This document shows, piece after piece, positions 23,106-26,681 of a stretch of DNA of 26,681 nt. The stretch is from positions 1 to 26,681 of IMG/VR virus record IMGVR_UViG_3300005582_000083. One strand, given 5' to 3'. The DNA is from a virus. Its lineage: Duplodnaviria > Caudoviricetes. Numbering within the stretch: the first letter of the stretch is position 1; each line of letters opens with the position of its first letter. The translations under genes were made by a program, and so were the position numbers. The notes under the pieces are model-generated. The model was not told the DNA's origin. It worked only from the letters and a program-made list of their open reading frames with translations, and made no database searches.

Positions 23106-26100
23106 TTATGCTTTTCTTTTGTGTTTCCATCCTCTTTTTGGCTTTGATAATCCTGCTTCTGAAAGTGCAATGGCTACTGCTTGTTTTTGGTCTTTAACTA
23201 TTTTATCACTTGTGCCAATATGAAGTTCACCTTTTTTCCACTCTTTCATCACTTTAGCCACCTTTTTCTGCTTTGATGGTGTTACTTTTCCGCCTGTTTT
23301 CATTTTATCATTTATCAATTTCCATTTTTCACCATATTCAAATGCGTGTAATCTAAACTGGTCATCATTTGGTGCATCATCTAACTTCCATTTATAAGAC
23401 ATTGAACCATATCTTGTTTTAAGAACATTTGTAATTAAACCTGTTGGTTTACCATCGTATGTTAATATCACAATTTTGTCACCTCGTTTAATTTGAGGCG
23501 TGTTTCCGCCTGTTTTTAAAATTGGTTTCTTACCAATTGCTTCTTCGTAAGTCAGTTCTCGTTTACCATATTTCAATGCCCGTATTTTTTTGTCTATTGA
23601 ATTTAATTTTCTACCATAACTATTTGCAATTGGTCCGCCTTCTGGTTCAGCCTCTTGTTCCATATCAATAAGTAGTTGTTTTCTTTCTTTTTCAAGCTTT
23701 TTTAGTTTATCTCCATTTAACTTACCACCCGTTTCCATTTTATTTTTTATAATTTCAAGTTCTTTATTATTTATAAGCATTTCAAATTTATCTTTTGGTA
23801 ATTCTTGAATATATTTTCCATTTAATTCTCTGTAAAGAACTGAATCTGGTAAAATTTTATAAATAACCCATTTAGAATTTTTTGAATTAAATTTAATAAC
23901 ATCACCTAAATTATATGAACCAACTCCACCACCTTTCGCCATTTTACCTCTGAATCTGTTTAATTTAAAATATTCAAGTATTTTTTTTCTTAAAACTTCT
24001 TTATTCAAATTTTGAAAATTAGTTAAACCTAATTCTTCTGCCATATCAAACAATTGTTCTAAATTAGCTCCTTCAACAGCAACAGGACTAAATTGAACTC
24101 CACCGCCTGTTGCCATCATATAACTTCCATCACTATTAACTTCTTCTATAGCATCTTCAAATTTTTGAGACGTACTATATGCTAAATCTTCAAATCTTTC
24201 AAAATTCCTCCTATCCATTTTATATAAAACATCTCCGTTATCAAGATTTTCATAATCAATATGCTTTCTAAAGTTTTCATGTAATAACATATCCGCATCA
24301 TCGTTATCAACTATAAAATAAACTAAATCATCTCCAACCCCACCGCCCTTAGCCATTTCTTCAATTAAATTATAAACTTTTACATAATTATCTCCAAATA
24401 AATAATTTACAGGACTTGTTTTAATTTTAAATGAATTTAATATGCTTCTTGCTTTATTCGCTTTTGATTTGTGTTGGTGAAAATTCAAATTGTCTTCTCT
24501 GTTCCAAGTATAATCATACTTTAATTCTATTCCTCTTTGTAATAAAATATCCTCAATATCTTTTCGAGTATATTTATCTTTTAAGTTACCACCTGTTGCC
24601 ATGCTCGAAGCCATTGTACCATTTATAATAGGGTCATTTGATATTGAACTATCAGCCGTTCCTCCTGTTTTATATGTAATATTAAAAGGAAAACTTATCA
24701 TTTGTTTTAATTTACCATCATTAGATTGATAAACTTCTAAATAATTTGTTTTATGATATTTTTGCTTTATTTTATTAACTGTTTCTTTGTCCACCCAATA
24801 ATAACTTTCATAATCTGCGTCTTCATCAAAAGGAATTAAATTAACATAATAAATATTTTTATCATCAAATTCATTAACACTAATAGTATCTTCACCAACT
24901 TCACCTCCTTTTGCGTATATTTTTGATGACCAATCTTTTTTATCAAAATTTTCTATATTTAATATGGATTGAACTGATTTTGGAAATCTTATATTAACTC
25001 TTTCTTTATTAAATATGCCAATAGAAGGCGTAAATTCAGTATTCCAAAATTTACTACTTCGTAATTTATCTAAACAATTTTTTGTTATTTGCCCTAAATC
25101 ATCATAAACGATATTCCAAATACCATTAACCCACTCTATGCTGAATTTTATTTTATTTGAAAAACTATGCAATTCTTTTAAAATATCAATAATGCTTATT
25201 TTTATATTACCACCAACCCCAACTCCAGTAGCCATTTTATACCTAATCATATCAGGATTAAATTTGTCAAAAGTTTTTCTCGCCCATTCAACAGCATCTT
25301 CGTAAGATTTAAAATATTTAATATCTTTTTTAAATCCTTTTTCTTTATTTAAAAATTCAATATAAACCTCTTCATTTATATTTCCGCCTGTTTTATAAAG
25401 TGTCTGCATATATTCTCTTGCGGGTTGATGTTTTGATGCAAGCATTTTTTGACTAGCATATTTCATCGCTATATCAACATCGTTATTAGCCCAATAAGCA
25501 TCTCTTATAATCTTCTTTTCATCTGGTGAAAGTTTAATATTCCCGCCAGTTTCAAATTTATTTGTTTTAAGTTTCAACCCTTTTTTGATAATTTTTATTA
25601 ATTCAGATTGAGCCTCTTCTTCTAATTTTCCAGTTTCCCAATTAACTTTAGGACTTTCTTCTGTTGTCATTATATTTGTATCAATATTTTCTTCACTTTT
25701 TTCATCAAACTTGCGTTCTATTAAAAATATTGAATCATTGTCATCAATACCAATAAAAATACCTTCATATAAACCGCCTTTGATAGTCCAAACAGGTATT
25801 CCACCCCAATCAGCCGAACCGCCATATTTATTTTCTGAGCCAAAATAATGACTAAGTAATTTTTTTAAATAAGTACGATATTCAGAGTATTGTTCTTCGT
25901 GGAAATCTGGAAATTCACTATCTGTATTTTTATTATCAATTTCTCCACCATTTTTGAATTTATCTTCATCTTCATAGTCATCTTCATAGTCATCTTCATA
26001 GTCATCTATTTTAACTACGTCTGATTTATGCATAGAATATAATCCATTTTCTCCATCAATACTAACTAAAACAAAACTACCTTTTATTTCTTCAACTTCT

Positions 26101-26681
26101 CCTTTTTGTCCATAAAATTCATTTCCATAAATAACTTTAATTCTATCTCCCTCTTCTAATTTTTCAACTCCTCCACCTTTATCAAATTTTTCTATAAATC
26201 TTTCCGGAACTTCATATTTTTCTCCATATACATCAACAATAAAATATTTTTGATTTCCAGAAGCAAAGAACACATCTTTAATATCAACAACTTTTAAATC
26301 TTTATTATATAAATTGCTTAAAGAAGACATGTAAGGAATATTTTTATCTATTCTTATTGTATCACTAACATCACCGCCTTTAGACATTTTTTCAACTTCA
26401 TTAATAGATAAATAATCTATATTTCCTATTGTGTTTTTAACTTTTAAATATTTTTCATCTTTATCAATTTCTACAACTTTACCTTTGTATTTAATACCTG
26501 TAAATTTTCTTGTATAAGTAACATTATCACCTATTGTAATTTTATTTTTAATATTACCACCATTTTTCATTTCTTCTTTATTCCAATCTCCATATTTAAA
26601 ATTAACTTCAGAAACAGTCATTTTTCCATAATCAGGTTCTTGGTCACTTTGAGCATCTTCTGGTTGCACAACTTCAGTTGT
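23106..26681 (-). CDS. 5'-truncated multidomain polyprotein-like protein with 16 [MFYL]xxGG linkers and a DUF6496-like C-terminus
   Basis: Frame is open to the window edge (the GTG at 26669 is probably not the start); SH3/KOW-like and Rho-N-like modules; KVAKVMKEWKKGELHIG...QAVAIALSEAG. Confidence 0.8.
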   Translation of the reverse strand, partial: TTEVVQPEDAQSDQEPDYGKMTVSEVNFKYGDWNKEEMKNGGNIKNKITIGDNVTYTRKFTGIKYKGKVVEIDKDEKYLKVKNTIGNIDYLSINEVEKMSKGGDVSDTIRIDKNIPYMSSLSNLYNKDLKVVDIKDVFFASGNQKYFIVDVYGEKYEVPERFIEKFDKGGGVEKLEEGDRIKVIYGNEFYGQKGEVEEIKGSFVLVSIDGENGLYSMHKSDVVKIDDYEDDYEDDYEDEDKFKNGGEIDNKNTDSEFPDFHEEQYSEYRTYLKKLLSHYFGSENKYGGSADWGGIPVWTIKGGLYEGIFIGIDDNDSIFLIERKFDEKSEENIDTNIMTTEESPKVNWETGKLEEEAQSELIKIIKKGLKLKTNKFETGGNIKLSPDEKKIIRDAYWANNDVDIAMKYASQKMLASKHQPAREYMQTLYKTGGNINEEVYIEFLNKEKGFKKDIKYFKSYEDAVEWARKTFDKFNPDMIRYKMATGVGVGGNIKISIIDILKELHSFSNKIKFSIEWVNGIWNIVYDDLGQITKNCLDKLRSSKFWNTEFTPSIGIFNKERVNIRFPKSVQSILNIENFDKKDWSSKIYAKGGEVGEDTISVNEFDDKNIYYVNLIPFDEDADYESYYWVDKETVNKIKQKYHKTNYLEVYQSNDGKLKQMISFPFNITYKTGGTADSSISNDPIINGTMASSMATGGNLKDKYTRKDIEDILLQRGIELKYDYTWNREDNLNFHQHKSKANKARSILNSFKIKTSPVNYLFGDNYVKVYNLIEEMAKGGGVGDDLVYFIVDNDDADMLLHENFRKHIDYENLDNGDVLYKMDRRNFERFEDLAYSTSQKFEDAIEEVNSDGSYMMATGGGVQFSPVAVEGANLEQLFDMAEELGLTNFQNLNKEVLRKKILEYFKLNRFRGKMAKGGGVGSYNLGDVIKFNSKNSKWVIYKILPDSVLYRELNGKYIQELPKDKFEMLINNKELEIIKNKMETGGKLNGDKLKKLEKERKQLLIDMEQEAEPEGGPIANSYGRKLNSIDKKIRALKYGKRELTYEEAIGKKPILKTGGNTPQIKRGDKIVILTYDGKPTGLITNVLKTRYGSMSYKWKLDDAPNDDQFRLHAFEYGEKWKLINDKMKTGGKVTPSKQKKVAKVMKEWKKGELHIGTSDKIVKDQKQAVAIALSEAGLSKPKRGWKHKRKA
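25969..26004. repeat. 12-bp tandem repeat x3 (TCTTCATAGTCA) encoding DDYE repeats
   Basis: Three exact copies. Confidence 0.9.

Larger units (their letters stand above)
1..26681. mobile_element. Fragment of a bacteriophage genome, probably a tailless membrane-containing (Varidnaviria-like) virus of Bacteroidota
   Basis: Co-oriented, tightly packed ORFs; A32-like ATPase; lysozyme; many small TM proteins; DNA-modification cluster; no housekeeping genes; no terminase, portal or tail genes recognised. Confidence 0.8.

Noticed and set aside
1963-24628. Plus-strand ORFs in the track (1963, 4228, 5904, 6695, 8923, 9937, 10789, 13786, 14775, 15102, 22325, 24431)
   Set aside because: Antisense shadows of well-formed minus-strand genes, mostly with non-ATG starts and implausible composition
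23283-26570. CRISPR array or integron-like attC cassette array
   Set aside because: Repeats are short, degenerate at third codon positions, irregularly spaced, in frame and non-palindromic; no cas or integrase gene in the window
26667-26669. GTG start of the 1187-aa ORF
   Set aside because: The frame stays open to the window edge, so the true start is probably upstream
1-26681. Eukaryotic NCLDV, virophage or polinton origin
   Set aside because: Peptidoglycan enzymes, coupled operons, intrinsic terminators and Bacteroidota-type promoters indicate a bacterial host
1-26681. tRNA, rRNA or alternative genetic code
   Set aside because: No tRNA-like sequence in the short gaps; ORFs tile fully under code 11

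Overview
AT-rich, gene-dense fragment of a probable tailless, internal-membrane dsDNA bacteriophage. Almost all genes lie on the minus strand. The host is probably Bacteroidota (TAnnTTTG -7 promoter boxes, no Shine-Dalgarno sequences, a DUF3127-like SSB). About 1-12 kb is a virion module: about 16 small membrane-anchored proteins, a tail-anchored GH108 lysozyme, a PG-binding/SH3b protein, a DUF2793 spike-like protein, an HExxH metalloprotease and two paralogous beta-rich candidate single-jelly-roll capsid proteins. About 12-17 kb holds two degenerate GT2-like genes, an A32/P9-type (FtsK-HerA) packaging ATPase, a DnaA-C-like HTH protein and a divergent OB-fold SSB. About 17.2-21.5 kb is a coupled DNA base-hypermodification operon: an Asp-type (cytosine) hydroxymethylase, a MazG-like enzyme, a PLP fold-II enzyme, an aGPT-Pplase1-like enzyme, a Bgt-N/SGNH fusion with a clamp motif, and DUF6378. 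From 23.1 kb to the end is a 5'-truncated >1190-aa beads-on-a-string protein with 16 [MFYL]xxGG linkers. The most notable features are two recurrent short peptide motifs (S-N-x-D-G across structural proteins; [MFY]xxGG in the polyprotein) that suggest proteolytic maturation, a probably new cytosine hypermodification, and no GATC site found in the whole window. All family assignments are motif recognition by eye, not database results.
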